Virus record (IMG/VR): IMGVR_UViG_3300045131_001121
Location: 1 to 52,601 of that record
Direction: 5' to 3' (one strand)
Source: a virus
Lineage: Duplodnaviria; Caudoviricetes
Length of the DNA stretch: 52,601 nucleotides
Part shown: positions 8,515 through 17,575 of the stretch, in pieces
Layout: each line of letters begins with the position of its first letter
Position numbering within the stretch: the stretch's first letter is position 1
Translations under genes and position numbers: made by a program
Notes under the pieces: generated by a model
What the model saw: the letters and a program-made list of their open reading frames with translations, nothing else
Database searches by the model: none
Told to the model about the DNA's origin: nothing

Positions 8515-9351
8515 CTATGCCAATAAATGATAGTATTCTTTGAAATGTTTTATTCTATCCGGTAATCCAATAGTACCACCATTTACTCTTTTAGTGATTG
8601 ATGTTACTACTGCATCAGTTGCTCCACCATCAGCCATCTTATGTAATCCGTTTTTAGAGAAAAACCAAGCCGCTGATAATAATGCGTACTTAGATGCTAC
8701 TACATCAGGATTTGATAAAATATCTTCACCAATTGCTTTACCAAACGCAGTATAGTTTTCTTTACCTGTCAATTGGATGTATCCTCTACCTCTGAATTTG
8801 TATCCTTCGCCACTTGATTCAGGTCCGTTACCCATTCTACCACCATATACTTTAGATGCAATCTTCTCCGGCTTTCTTTCGTAAGGTAGAGCTGATTCTA
8901 AAGTTGGAAAATATTTCTTAAAAATACCATTCAAACCTTTAGCTGAATAGTTTAAGTTCTCTTGCGTTGCTTTGAATCCACCACTTTCGTGTCCACATTG
9001 TGCTAAGAAGTGTGCTAATCTTAATGGAGTATTGATTTGGAACTTAGCTGCCGTATCAGGAATCATTTGAATTACTGCATCAGGAATATGTCCCTTTAAT
9101 TTATCCAATTTCAATCCACCTACTGGTGCTATTGGAGCGGGTGTTGATGTAGGAACAGGTTTACCTTCTCCCACAATCATAGCCCAAGTAGTATCACCTA
9201 CAATGCCATCCGGAGTTAGTCCGTTTTTTGTTTGAAATGCTTTTACAGCTTCTTCAGTTTTCGGTCCAAAATTAGTTACCGCTGGAGAAATACCTAACTT
9301 CTCCTGCATCAATTTAACGTTTTCGTTGTTATCGCCTTTTTTTAATAACAT
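8515..9351 (-). CDS. Endolysin: N-terminal peptidoglycan-binding domain plus GH19 lysozyme/chitinase domain
   Basis: FGPKTEEAVKAFQTKNGLTPDGIVG; LAHFLAQCGHESGGF...ENLNYS; FRGRGYIQLTGKENY; ITKRVNGG. Confidence 0.93.
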   Translation of the reverse strand: MLLKKGDNNENVKLMQEKLGISPAVTNFGPKTEEAVKAFQTKNGLTPDGIVGDTTWAMIVGEGKPVPTSTPAPIAPVGGLKLDKLKGHIPDAVIQMIPDTAAKFQINTPLRLAHFLAQCGHESGGFKATQENLNYSAKGLNGIFKKYFPTLESALPYERKPEKIASKVYGGRMGNGPESSGEGYKFRGRGYIQLTGKENYTAFGKAIGEDILSNPDVVASKYALLSAAWFFSKNGLHKMADGGATDAVVTSITKRVNGGTIGLPDRIKHFKEYYHLLA

Positions 9352-9359
9352 AATAAATA

Positions 9360-9788
9360 TTATTTGTGTTCGTCAGTTATAACTTCTTTTCCTTCACCGA
9401 AATCAATTACTTCAAAAACTCTTGTCTGAATTTTCTTAGTTCCTTCGGCGTTTGTTAATATGATTGAGTTTTTAAACTTCTGCCAATTGATGACAAATGA
9501 ATTATCTAATACCCCACCATTCTCCTCTTTAACTAATTCGTTAAGAGCGTTAATAGTGTATAGTGAATTAGATTCTTTTTTTCTATGTATAAGGATTGTA
9601 TTTTCCAACGGAGTATCCGGTTGGAAAGCGGTATCTATATTGTACGTGATAAATAATTCATCTAAATTCCCCTTATTTTGAAGAATATAGATATAATTAT
9701 ACACTATATGGTACGTTTCTCTAATCTGTTGTAATGTATTCTGTAACTCACCTTTCGTTGTAAACGTACATAGTAACTGTGTCTTCAT
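9360..9788 (-). CDS. Hypothetical phage protein
   Basis: 142-aa ORF with typical codon usage and a TATTTATA motif upstream. Confidence 0.75.
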   Translation of the reverse strand: MKTQLLCTFTTKGELQNTLQQIRETYHIVYNYIYILQNKGNLDELFITYNIDTAFQPDTPLENTILIHRKKESNSLYTINALNELVKEENGGVLDNSFVINWQKFKNSIILTNAEGTKKIQTRVFEVIDFGEGKEVITDEHK

Positions 9789-9885
9789 CCTCTTTTTCTT
9801 TTAATTAACTATAAATATTAAAAATCAAAAGGAAGGATAAAAACGGGTTATTGAATACTACTTACGGTTTTTTTTATTTTTAATT

Positions 9886-12800
9886 TTATTCTTTAAAGTT
9901 GTTAATCAAATCAGGTATTTTAGATACGATGTGTGCAGGATTTTGATTTGATGGTGTAAGACTAACACATCCATTTTTATCCACCGATTTTGTATAGCCA
10001 GGATTATGATGTGGATTTGAATAGCACGGTTTTTTAACACCATCCGCAATATCATCTGTTACCTTTACAACTTTACCCTTCTTTTTACTATATTTTTTAT
10101 TTACATTGGAATACCCAGTCCAATCTGTATCACAGTTACTAATAATACACGTCAATTGCATTTGTTGATGTTGAAGTATCATTGCTCTATGTAATCGTTT
10201 TTGATTTTCCTTACCTCCACAGTTTCCAGCATCACCTGCGGTTTTTATTTCACTTTGTCCTTGCTTTTCACCAATTTTTTTAATTTTTTGTATATCCTGT
10301 TTAGTAAAACAACCCATTTCAATACCATGCTTAAATAAGTCTTCTATAATAGCTTCACCTTTTACCAATTCTTCTTCCTTTACATCTTGTTGATTTCCAT
10401 AAGCAGTTTGATATGTATTTAATGCATTTAATAATTTCCCTTTAGTTTTTGGATTTTTATATTCAGTTAGTTCTATTCTATTTTTTAAAGCAGAACCCCC
10501 TCCACCATCCGATTTGATACTAACTCCTCCAGTTAAATCCAATTCTTCTATCGATACGTTCACTAAGTCAGCATCGCTAATAGATTCACCACTTGGTAAT
10601 ATGATAATATCGGCGGTTTGAAAATTTTCAGAAGATGGAAACATTACTCGTTTACCTTCTGCCAATGAACCCAAACCCACAACCATTTCAGCGAAATCGG
10701 CAACGGAATCCTTAAAATCTACAGATTCAGCCATATCTATAAGAAGTTGGTCTAATTCTTTTTTAAAAGCCAATTGTGCCTCTTTATCGGTTTCCAAATT
10801 TGAACTTTTAGATATTTTTTCTAATCTCTTTAATGTATCAAATACTTTTTTATTTTCAGGTTTTTCTAATAAATTTTCAGTATTAAAGGTATTTTGATGG
10901 TTATTTAGTCCATCGGTAAACATTTTAGTTACCCCAGTTATGACATTTGTAATCGTTGCTTTTCGTCCTTCAGGTGTGAATACATCACCAAAATTACAAT
11001 ATGGTATTTCTCCACCACTTTTAGACGCTACCTCCGCAATTGTAGCCAATACTTGATTTTCTTTTTTTCTAGTATTAACTAGTATTCTAATTCTTTCATC
11101 TGCTTCTTTCGAACTAAGTCCTTTTTTTAAAAGTTTTTCCCTTAATTTATTTAATTCGCTTTTAGTTGGAATAGGTTTGTAATTGAATCTTTGACCATTT
11201 ACTTCTATTCCATTTTTATCGGATTTTACTTTGAGATTTTTTATGGGTTCTTTCGGATTTCCTCCTTTTGCCACTTTATTTGGATTTATTTGTTTTTTAC
11301 CAAATGCTCCTTCTCCTGATTTACCTACTTTTAATCCATTTTCTATCGCATATTCTCTAAACGCATCACCCATTGGGATATTTTTTTCCGCCATCAATAC
11401 ACTTTCGTATCCTTGTTGTGGATGTCTTCCTGCTATTTTTTTAGCAAAATATAATTTTACATCACCATTTTCTGGATTTGTAACAATTTTAGTTGTGAGA
11501 TTTAGAATTTTTTTATCGTTTGCAGATAATTTTTCACCATTAAATAATTTATTTATAGCTATTTTAACATCTTCAGTTTTTATTTCTATAAACTTTCCAC
11601 TTCCTTCTTCCGTTTCTAATCTAAAAACGCCAGGTTTATCACTATTATATTCGGCAGCTTTATCAATTTGAGATAAAGCTTTTTGACGTCTTTTTTCAAG
11701 ATCTTCCTGAGCTTTTTCAGGTTTTCCTGCTTTACTATTATTTAAATACGAATCTTTAAAATTAAAAGAACCTCCCTTTTTTTTGTTACCGGTAGATGGG
11801 TTCTCTCCTCTATCTTTTGCGTATTCATCATCATACATACTAGCTCCAGCAACAGGTTCATTTGTTTTTGTTTTAGCTTCTGGATCTGTATGTGTTCCCG
11901 CCTTAACTGCATCCCTTTGAGCTTCTGGCGTATCAAAATAATCTAATTTTTTAGATTGTTTATTTCTAGCTGAATATTTACCAGACTTTGTTTTTGCTTC
12001 ATCAATAAAACCATAAATCATTTCCAACATCAACTCATCTACTAAATGTAAATGCTCAGCCTTTACGCCAGTGGTAGTGGTATCACTATCAACTTCGCCA
12101 TTTTCTTTCTTTTCATTATACGAATCAACCATCTGCTCCATCATTTCAGGAGTGATTTCCATTTCTTCAAGTCCTTTAGCAATCATTTCAGTAAACTTTA
12201 ATACGTTTGCATCAGTTTCAGCTTCACCATCTGCATCAGCAAATACTGCGGCTTTACCAGCTCCCTTTAGAATTGTTTCACCAATAATGTGGGGTATAAA
12301 CTCCATTGCTACGTGCTTTCCAAATGCGGCAACACCATGTGATAATCCACCAAATGCAGCTCCGAATACGGCAGTAGTTACTACTTTAAATGCAACTGCT
12401 TTAAGTGCTTTTTGTTCATGCTTACTTAACGGTTTACCACTAAAAAAGTTTTTAACACCAGAACCAGCTGCTTTAAATTCTTCAACTTCATGCTTAGCTC
12501 CTTTCTTAATTGCTTTTAAAGCTCCAGCTGCTTTATCCTTTAACGCCTGTCCTAAACTTCTACGTTCTTTTGAACCAGGTGCTCCTTCGTTTCTTTCAAA
12601 GAATGCTTTTTCTTTTTCGGTCCAATTTGAAATTTTTTGTTTTACCTTATCAGTAAGTTTTGGCGCCGATGTTGGTGTCGATGGGGTTGAAGTTGTTGGC
12701 GATGATTGAGTTGGAGTTGTTGGTGATTTCGGTGTCGATGGGGTTGAAGTTGGCGTTGATGTTGTTGGTGATGCCGATGATGTTGGAGTTGCACCTGCTT

Positions 12801-14937
12801 TTTTAGTTCTCTGTCTTCTCATATCAACGTGTGAATTACCAACGGGTGCAATTACTGTATATCCATTATCCTCTGCCTCTTTTATTTTTCTATCTAATTC
12901 TTTTTGACGGAATCCATTATAAGATTCTTGTGCTTTCATAATTTCATTATCAGCCATCTTACCTTCATCATTATAATTTAATTCATAAAGGTCTTTTTGT
13001 TGCTCATCAGTTAGGTTATTCCAATCAACATCGCCATCAAATTGTGAACTTCCACCTTTTTTAGCCTGGTCTATTAACCATGCTTTTCCTTCATCATCTA
13101 AATAATCTTCAGGTAACATATTTTCATCAGGACCATCTTGTCCATACATATTTGACCATACTGCAGCTTTAGCTTTGGATTTACTTCCACCTACTACCTT
13201 TGCTATTTCATCATACACAGGTGATTTATCATCCAATACGTCTGCATTTTCATCCCAAGTACTTTCTTCTGCATTATCAAAATGTCCTTTTACTTCATTT
13301 CTAAATTCATCTTGCTCTCCACCAAATTCAATATTACCATCATCATCTTTACTACCACCCTCACCTACAAACATTACTTTTGTATCTTTAGGTAATTTTT
13401 TTATTTGTTCTATTGCTTGTTTATTACTTTCCTTATCAGCACCATGCTCTACACCAATAATTAATGAACCATTATCAGTTGTATCAACATCCAATTCGTC
13501 ACCTTCAGATGTAGTTCTACCTTTTAAATCATTTGCTACTTTTGTAGTTTCTTCTTTGGTTTTTTCTTTTGCCGCATTTGGTTGCTCCGATGGTCCTTCT
13601 TTATTTGCATCCGCTTTCTTTGCTGCTACACCTTGCTCTTCTGCAAATTTGTTACACATTGGAATAGCATCTTTAATATCCTGGTCTATTACCTGAACCT
13701 TCATTGGTATTTGTTTATCGGGATTTTTTGCATTATACGCCGCAATTGCAGCCCATCTATGGTGTCCATCGATAACATATCCATCTCTACTTACATAAAT
13801 CGGTGCAGTAATTGAAGGATGTTCTGGGTTTTCTTCCAAAGCTCCCATCATACCAACCACTTTAGCTCCAACCAAATCTTTTTGTGTTGCTTTTAATTTA
13901 TCTGAAGGTATTTCGGTTTGTACAACTTTAATTCCTTTTTCTTCTAACATTTTTTTAAATAATGGCTCAGTATCTACTTCACCTTTTTCATCAACTTCCA
14001 TATCAGCCGCAGGTGTACCAGGTTGTGGTTTACCTTTGAATTGTGGCATTTGGTCTCTTGGTATTCCTAAATTATCATCACAATATAAGTTAGTACCAGG
14101 TACAGTAATATCACATAAATTAATATCAGGAGCTTTCTCTCCTTTAGCTTTTGCATCCGCAACTATCTGTTGTACCTTACTAATATCAGTATTAAATTTT
14201 TCCAAATCTTCAGGTTCTATACCATCTGGTATATCACTATCTCCATTGAATGTTTCGGGATCAGCTTGTGGCATTTCCTTTGCAACATCTTTTGAATCTA
14301 TTGGATTAAACTCATCTTCTTTCTTAGGTTCTTGCTCTTTCTCTACTTCTTTATCGGCTTCCGCATCTTTTGCTAATTGTGCGTTAGCATCTTTCTCTCT
14401 ATCCATTCTAGCTGCCATTGCAGGGTCTGCTTTTGGGTCAAACATCGCAGCTGCAGCTTTTGCTGGGTCTTCTTTCGGAGCTTCTTCTTCACCACCTTCT
14501 TTACCCTTTTCATCTTCCGGTTTTTTTGGTTGCCCTTCTCCACCTAAATCTTGATTCATCGAATCTCTTTCTGGACTTCCCTCTGGTGGTAATAATTTTT
14601 CCGCAGCAACTCTACCAGGAGAATCTTTCGGTAGTCTTAAAAGATTACCAACAATACCATCTTTTGGATTTCCGTCTTTATCTTTATATGATACTTTTTT
14701 ACTTAATATTGGATTAGAGAATTTTTTATCCGCTTCTACTACATGTTTTTCAGGTGTTTTACCTTTTTCAATCAAAAGATTTTCAACTAAATCATTTTTG
14801 ATATGAGATAGACCCATTTCAGAAAGTACAATACCCAACTCCTTTACGTGAATTGGGTTCTTTGGGTCAGGCATACCATTTTCAACTCTGTATGCCCATT
14901 CATTAAGGATTTCTTCAATTAATTCGGTTATTGTCAT
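9886..14937 (-). CDS. 1683-aa multidomain protein: ParB/Srx-like domain, TraB/Tiki (EreA-ChaN-like) domain, P/S/T linker, hydrophobic segment, possible PD-(D/E)XK-like C-terminus
   Basis: PIYVSRDGYVIDGHHRWAA; IIGVEHG...FVGEGG...RQKELDRKI...VIAPVGNSHV; FPSSENFQTADII...GVSIKS. Confidence 0.6.
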   Translation of the reverse strand: MTITELIEEILNEWAYRVENGMPDPKNPIHVKELGIVLSEMGLSHIKNDLVENLLIEKGKTPEKHVVEADKKFSNPILSKKVSYKDKDGNPKDGIVGNLLRLPKDSPGRVAAEKLLPPEGSPERDSMNQDLGGEGQPKKPEDEKGKEGGEEEAPKEDPAKAAAAMFDPKADPAMAARMDREKDANAQLAKDAEADKEVEKEQEPKKEDEFNPIDSKDVAKEMPQADPETFNGDSDIPDGIEPEDLEKFNTDISKVQQIVADAKAKGEKAPDINLCDITVPGTNLYCDDNLGIPRDQMPQFKGKPQPGTPAADMEVDEKGEVDTEPLFKKMLEEKGIKVVQTEIPSDKLKATQKDLVGAKVVGMMGALEENPEHPSITAPIYVSRDGYVIDGHHRWAAIAAYNAKNPDKQIPMKVQVIDQDIKDAIPMCNKFAEEQGVAAKKADANKEGPSEQPNAAKEKTKEETTKVANDLKGRTTSEGDELDVDTTDNGSLIIGVEHGADKESNKQAIEQIKKLPKDTKVMFVGEGGSKDDDGNIEFGGEQDEFRNEVKGHFDNAEESTWDENADVLDDKSPVYDEIAKVVGGSKSKAKAAVWSNMYGQDGPDENMLPEDYLDDEGKAWLIDQAKKGGSSQFDGDVDWNNLTDEQQKDLYELNYNDEGKMADNEIMKAQESYNGFRQKELDRKIKEAEDNGYTVIAPVGNSHVDMRRQRTKKAGATPTSSASPTTSTPTSTPSTPKSPTTPTQSSPTTSTPSTPTSAPKLTDKVKQKISNWTEKEKAFFERNEGAPGSKERRSLGQALKDKAAGALKAIKKGAKHEVEEFKAAGSGVKNFFSGKPLSKHEQKALKAVAFKVVTTAVFGAAFGGLSHGVAAFGKHVAMEFIPHIIGETILKGAGKAAVFADADGEAETDANVLKFTEMIAKGLEEMEITPEMMEQMVDSYNEKKENGEVDSDTTTTGVKAEHLHLVDELMLEMIYGFIDEAKTKSGKYSARNKQSKKLDYFDTPEAQRDAVKAGTHTDPEAKTKTNEPVAGASMYDDEYAKDRGENPSTGNKKKGGSFNFKDSYLNNSKAGKPEKAQEDLEKRRQKALSQIDKAAEYNSDKPGVFRLETEEGSGKFIEIKTEDVKIAINKLFNGEKLSANDKKILNLTTKIVTNPENGDVKLYFAKKIAGRHPQQGYESVLMAEKNIPMGDAFREYAIENGLKVGKSGEGAFGKKQINPNKVAKGGNPKEPIKNLKVKSDKNGIEVNGQRFNYKPIPTKSELNKLREKLLKKGLSSKEADERIRILVNTRKKENQVLATIAEVASKSGGEIPYCNFGDVFTPEGRKATITNVITGVTKMFTDGLNNHQNTFNTENLLEKPENKKVFDTLKRLEKISKSSNLETDKEAQLAFKKELDQLLIDMAESVDFKDSVADFAEMVVGLGSLAEGKRVMFPSSENFQTADIIILPSGESISDADLVNVSIEELDLTGGVSIKSDGGGGSALKNRIELTEYKNPKTKGKLLNALNTYQTAYGNQQDVKEEELVKGEAIIEDLFKHGIEMGCFTKQDIQKIKKIGEKQGQSEIKTAGDAGNCGGKENQKRLHRAMILQHQQMQLTCIISNCDTDWTGYSNVNKKYSKKKGKVVKVTDDIADGVKKPCYSNPHHNPGYTKSVDKNGCVSLTPSNQNPAHIVSKIPDLINNFKE
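12661..12795. repeat. Imperfect tandem repeat encoding a Pro/Ser/Thr linker
   Basis: GGTGTCGATGGGGTTGAAGTTG occurs at ~12674 and ~12731; protein reads TSTPSTPKSPTTPTQSSPTTSTPSTPT. Confidence 0.75.
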
Positions 14938-14943
14938 GTTTTA

Positions 14944-15552
14944 TTAAAATTTATGGTCCTCTTTTTCGCAAATCATTTCCAATTCATCCCAATGAAATTT
15001 TGGTTTTTCATTTAGGAATACAAAACATTTCCATTTCTTACTTTTTTCAAAGTAAATATGTTTTTGTAAGTATGAAGGAATTGCTGCACCGGCAGGTACT
15101 CTTTTAACGGGTTTATCAAAGAAAACCTTTATCAAAACAGTGATTGGTTCGGTATCATCCCATTTACGGATTTGTTCCTCTAACATTCTCCACTCACCTC
15201 TATTAAGATATTGATTTTGCATTATTGAATTTAAATATGAGAATGTCTGCTTTAAGTTCACTTCATTATCAGAGAACGTTGCCGCAGGAGCTCCATGTCC
15301 TTTATCGTAAACGTTTCCTTTATAATCTTCACCGTCTGATGTTTTGATAGTTGGTTCTTTATAGAAATCCATATGACCTCTATTAACGTTTGTTGGTCGG
15401 TTTAGGGAACGATACTTAATAATTAGGGGTTGTTCTAATGATTGTGAATAAAGTATATCAAACACTTTATTTTTCACCCTCACATCCGGCAACTGCCCAA
15501 ATGATACTAAGGAAACTAAAAGGAACGATAATAAAACGGAGATTTTTTTCAT
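14944..15552 (-). CDS. Secreted DNA/RNA non-specific endonuclease (NucA/EndoG His-Me finger family), ~202 aa
   Basis: YDKGHGAPAA, TFSYLNSIMQNQYLNRGEWRMLEEQIR. Likely start MKKISVLLSFLLVSLVSFG|Q (Sec signal) at 15552, not 15618. Confidence 0.85.
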   Translation of the reverse strand: MKKISVLLSFLLVSLVSFGQLPDVRVKNKVFDILYSQSLEQPLIIKYRSLNRPTNVNRGHMDFYKEPTIKTSDGEDYKGNVYDKGHGAPAATFSDNEVNLKQTFSYLNSIMQNQYLNRGEWRMLEEQIRKWDDTEPITVLIKVFFDKPVKRVPAGAAIPSYLQKHIYFEKSKKWKCFVFLNEKPKFHWDELEMICEKEDHKF

Positions 15553-15590
15553 ATTATAGCATATTTTTCTATATACTATAAATATGTTGT

Positions 15591-16877
15591 TTAGAGGTTT
15601 CCGTAAGTTTTTCCCCAACTCGCTTTGATAGGATATCCATCTTCCTCAATTATATTCTTCAATCCCTTAATTAAACTTTTATCCACATCAGCAGGTACAT
15701 CAAATAGAAATGAGTCATAAGTGTATAATTCTAAACTAATCCCACTCCCCTTAATATAATCCAATATGGTTTTCATTTTATCCACATTCATTTCAGTTTC
15801 ATATGCTTGAAGTAGATAGTTAAATACCTTTTGTGGATTGGATTGTTCTACCCAACTCAATGGTATATGACGGTTCGGAGTTTGAATGTAACCCCTTTCC
15901 ACACTTTCCTTCCAAAACACATCAATAAAATCAGCAACCTTATCAAAGTATGGTATTTGTCGAAACTCATCATCAATCCCACCATAAAGAAGGCGGAACG
16001 TTACACCTTTACCTTCAGCCACATCACATCCATATTGTTCGGCTAACCATTGGTGAACATTAGTTTGTGGTAAGGGAAAATCAATTAACTTACCAATAAG
16101 ACGTGGGTGATACGAATCATAATCCATTTGTAAGAATATCCCATCCGCTATTAAGGTATCTCTACTCCCATCCGATTTGTTTAGGGCTGCATAGTTTACA
16201 CCACCATGTCTATTGGATGGTCTACCCGTTATCGTAAATGGATTGTATTCGGTGTACACTAAGTTATCGGAGGAAAGTTGTTTATGGGCTTGTGGCCATC
16301 TATCAATAAATTTTTCCCTATCGACCCGAATTCCGAATTGTTCAATATCTGAAAGGATTGGTAAGAATGTATCATTGTACCAATTATAAGTGTTAGTTTT
16401 TTGATTATGATGTTTTAAGAATTCATTATCAACGGCTTCACACAATTTAAGAATAGGAATAGATTGAATGATATCTTCTTTGTAACCTTTGTGCAATAAA
16501 GGAGCTACTAAATGTTGTATTGGTTGTTGGTAATCTATCGTTTCTCCGGTTTTAAGAAAGTGTGCAGTATCGATATCATTCAACCCATTCCTTAAATTAG
16601 AGAACGATTGTAGTAGCTTCTTTTTTTGAAAAACCCACTTATCTCCGGCAGTATTTAGCACCCCTTCTATTTGTGATTTAGAGAGGGATGTGGTATCGGT
16701 ATGTTGATGTGGTAGAATATACCCATCGGTAAGAGTTCGTATCAGGACAAAGGATATATGGGTGTTTCGTGGATGCTTATCATTATCTACCCACATAGGA
16801 TACCAAAGGGATACTTCGGTTTCCAATTTTACCTTTAATTCTTCTAACTCACCAATATTTTCTATTACTCGTATCAT
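15591..16877 (-). CDS. Compact family-A DNA polymerase-like protein
   Basis: TGRPS, motif A MDYDSYHPR, motif B KGVTFRLLYGG, motif C YTYDSFLFD; 428 aa, with no recognisable 3'-5' exonuclease motifs. Confidence 0.8.
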   Translation of the reverse strand: MIRVIENIGELEELKVKLETEVSLWYPMWVDNDKHPRNTHISFVLIRTLTDGYILPHQHTDTTSLSKSQIEGVLNTAGDKWVFQKKKLLQSFSNLRNGLNDIDTAHFLKTGETIDYQQPIQHLVAPLLHKGYKEDIIQSIPILKLCEAVDNEFLKHHNQKTNTYNWYNDTFLPILSDIEQFGIRVDREKFIDRWPQAHKQLSSDNLVYTEYNPFTITGRPSNRHGGVNYAALNKSDGSRDTLIADGIFLQMDYDSYHPRLIGKLIDFPLPQTNVHQWLAEQYGCDVAEGKGVTFRLLYGGIDDEFRQIPYFDKVADFIDVFWKESVERGYIQTPNRHIPLSWVEQSNPQKVFNYLLQAYETEMNVDKMKTILDYIKGSGISLELYTYDSFLFDVPADVDKSLIKGLKNIIEEDGYPIKASWGKTYGNL

Positions 16878-17115
16878 TCTTATTTGCAGCTTTTGCTTTT
16901 TCTAATGTTGATTGACTCTTTGCCAATTTGGCTTCTTTTTGTTGAGCTTTTAACTTCTTTTCATAGTGAGGTGGGTATTTATGTTCAACCGAAATTGGTC
17001 CATTTGGAAATTTATCTAAATCATATTTCCAAATTGATTCACACCCATCATCATCTTTATATATGTGTTCAAATTTACGCGGTTTATCTTTAGCGCTTGG
17101 TTCTACTTTTGCCAT
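16849..17115 (-). CDS. Hypothetical protein, ~88 aa
   Basis: Start reassigned to MAKVEPSAK at 17115, 7 nt below a promoter; the longer track ORF would run through the tmRNA. Confidence 0.65.
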   Translation of the reverse strand: MAKVEPSAKDKPRKFEHIYKDDDGCESIWKYDLDKFPNGPISVEHKYPPHYEKKLKAQQKEAKLAKSQSTLEKAKAANKNDTSNRKYW

Positions 17116-17122
17116 AATATTA

Positions 17123-17154
17123 CAAATATACGAAAAAATCCCCAAATTACCAAA
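17123..17154 (-). promoter_or_regulatory. Bacteroidota-type promoter for the hypothetical + polA genes
   Basis: TTTG-N20-TATATTTG. Confidence 0.8.
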
Positions 17155-17170
17155 TGTAAAGTGGGGATTT
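17133..17170 (-). terminator. Candidate terminator after the tmRNA, overlapping the next promoter
   Basis: AAATCCCCA...TGGGGATTT inverted repeat followed by TTT on the minus strand; the loop is long. Confidence 0.5.
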
Positions 17171-17176
17171 AAAAAG

Positions 17177-17562
17177 TGGTGGAGGTGAAGGGATTCGAAC
17201 CCTTGTCTTACAAAGTAACCATAATACCAGCATGTCACACGTTTAGGATAAAGTTTAATCTTATTTACTTTCCAAAATAATTGGGGCCGTATGGTTAGTA
17301 CAGCTTTTCCACCAATTCGTTGATTCGGGCTCAACGAATAAAGCCTTTGTAAACACTTCTGTTCCTAGGTTGTATGTGCACCGACCCGATTGTTGTGATT
17401 AGGCTGCTACAGCGTAATCAGCACCTACGAAAGCCATAAGGTCTTCGAAGGTCATAGTTGACATTTCGTCAGTTATTGTTTTGTACAGATTTAAAGACAT
17501 CTAGCACTTCTGTCTACGTGTGATACTATGTCTCTCATTGCAATCAATTCCATGACACCCCC
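17177..17562 (-). ncRNA. ssrA: tmRNA, 386 nt, tag (A)DEMSTMTFEDLMAFVGADYAVAA*
   Basis: 5' GGGGGTG pairs with 3' CACCTCC-ACCA and includes G3.U70; T-arm AAGGG-TTCGAAT-CCCTT; ATAACT precedes the resume codon GAC at 17470; tag ends YAVAA-TAA at 17399. Confidence 0.95.
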
Positions 17563-17575
17563 ATATCAATAAATA

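Noticed and set aside
9360-9788. Holin next to the endolysin
   Set aside because: The 142-aa protein has no transmembrane segment.
15553-15618. N-terminal extension of the nuclease ORF
   Set aside because: It overlaps the polA end and a TATTTATA motif, and it would bury the signal peptide.
872-16877. Inteins or introns in helicase, RecA or polymerase
   Set aside because: Lengths are normal or short, with no splice-junction or homing endonuclease motifs.
17177-17250. Stand-alone tRNA or attP fragment
   Set aside because: The T-arm/CCA end pairs with a 5' strand ~380 nt away and encloses a tag ORF, so this is a full tmRNA. No integrase is present in the window.
17116-17334. N-terminal extension of ORF 16849..17334
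   Set aside because: It overlaps the tmRNA 3' half and a promoter; the ATG at 17115 fits better.
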